From the NCBI RefSeq assembly GCF_006345805.1, contig NC_043022.1, forward strand, positions 9,982,001 to 10,046,000: a stretch of 64,000 bases of DNA. Reading direction: 5' to 3'. A model generated the notes under the pieces. The model was not told the origin of the DNA. It saw only the letters and a program-made list of their open reading frames with translations, and ran no database searches. The number at the start of each line of letters is the position of its first letter. Position 1 is the first letter of the stretch. Made by a program: the position numbers and the translations under genes. This document shows positions 62,659 to 64,000 of this stretch, in pieces. Source of the DNA: Octopus sinensis. Taxonomy: Eukaryota.

Positions 62659-64000
62659 GTCATACCCAATGACTGGTGTAGCAGCATAATAGTCAACTGC
62701 TACAAAGGTAAAGGCGATGCCCTAGATACAAATAACTACAGGGGCATCAAGCTGTTGGATCAGGTAATGAAGGTTACGGAGAGGGTTATAGCCCAGTTAA
62801 TTAGAGAGAGAGTTAGCTTAGATGATATGCAGTTTGGGTTCGTGCCAGGGAAAAGTACTACTGATGCTATATTCCTGGTAAGACAGCTGCAGGAGAAATA
62901 CCTAGCCAAAGGTAAGCCCTTGTACCTGGCTTTTGTTGACTTAGAGAAAGCCTTTGACAGGGTCCCCCGATCCCTTATCTGGTGGTCAATGAGGAAACTA
63001 GGGATAGATGAATGGTTAGTGAGAGCTGTGCGAGCCATGTACAGAGACGCAGCTAGTAAGGTGAGGGTTGGCAACGAGTACAGTGAAGAATTCCGGGTAG
63101 AGGTTGGGGTCCACCAAGGTTCAGTCCTCAGCCCCCTCCTATTTATCATAGTCCTCCAGGCAATAACGGAAGAATTTAAGACAGGATGCCCCTGGGAGCT
63201 CCTATATGCTGATGACCTTGCTCTAATTGCTGAGTCACTATCAGAACTGGAGGAGAAGTTTCAGGTGTGGAAACAAGGATTAGAATCGAAGGGCCTTAGA
63301 ATCAACCTAGCCAAAACCAAAGTCCTAATAAGTAGGAAGGTGGACCAACCACAAACGACTTCAGGTAGATGGCCCTGCTCGATCTGTAAAAAAGGTGTAG
63401 GTAGAAACTCTATAAGGTGCACCAAGTGTAAGCTATGGACACATAAGAGGTGCAGCAATGTCAAAGGAAGGCTAACTAAGAAAATAGTTTTTGTCTGTGG
63501 CAGATGCTCAGGAGAAATAAACACTGGAAATGTGCAGAGTCCAACTTCTACCACGTTCCAGGGAGACAAACTAGAAGTAGTTGATAGCTTCCGCTACCTA
63601 GGAGACCAAGTCAGTAGCGGGGGTGGGTGTGCTGAAAGTGTAACTGCTAGAGTAAGAATAGCCTGGGCAAAGTTTAGAGAGCTCTTACCCCTGCTGGTGA
63701 CAAAAGGTCTCTCGCTAAGAGTAAAAGGCAGACTATATGATGCGTGTGTACGTACAGCCATGCTACATGGTAGTGAAACATGGGCCGTGACAGCTGAGGA
63801 TATGCGTAAGCTTGCAAGAAATGAAGCCAGTATGCTCCGATGGATGTGTAATGTCAGTGTTCATAATCGTCAGAGTGTAAGTACTTTGAGAGAAAAGTTG
63901 AACCTAAGAAGTGTCAGTTGTGGTGTGCAAGAGAGACGGCTGCGCTGGTATGGTCATGTGACGAGAATGGCTGAAGATAGTTGTGTGCAAAAGTGCTACA
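62659..64000 (+). mobile_element. RTE-clade LINE, 5'-truncated, with an uninterrupted RT frame running off the window
   Basis: IPNDWCSSIIVNCYKGKGD...QFGFVPGKSTTDAIF...FVDLEKAFD...GVHQGSVLSP...LLYADD...LRWYGHVTRM. No stop codon in the frame to 64000. Cys-rich insert at 63376-63507. Confidence 0.92.

Noticed and set aside
58018-64000. Search for the RmlC N-terminal exon (D-x-RG-x-F motif)
   Set aside because: No candidate with splice sites and similarity was found. ORF 58238..58585 is unrelated. The exon is presumed to lie beyond the window.

Overview
AT-rich, repeat-dense animal genomic DNA. The tRNA-derived SINEs, (AT)n/(CAT)n/(GATA)n microsatellites and Penelope/RTE/CR1 content suggest a coleoid cephalopod, probably Octopus (inference). 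The host coding content is two convergent (tail-to-tail), intron-containing paralogues of a nucleotide-sugar enzyme gene. The minus-strand copy (10 exons, 58017->21791, 451 aa reconstructed, N-terminus not found and presumably beyond the window) encodes an RmlC-like 3,5-epimerase fused in frame, inside a single exon, to an RmlD-like 4-reductase, i.e. a spliced animal RmlC/D fusion of the NDP-L-rhamnose pathway type. The plus-strand copy (6 exons, 2722->13396) covers the RmlD C-terminal two-thirds; no upstream exons were found in 1-2721. The copies show patchy identity (83-100% per exon), suggesting gene conversion. One intron of the minus copy holds a ~10.5-kb array of ~90 x 117-bp SINE heads. 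Introns and intergenic DNA also carry a near-full-length Tx1-like LINE nested in a Tc2-like DNA element nested in a SINE, a Gypsy remnant, an RTE with an open RT frame and a PHD-like insert, Helitrons, Penelope remnants and palindromes with hammerhead ribozyme motifs. There is one 100-N assembly gap.
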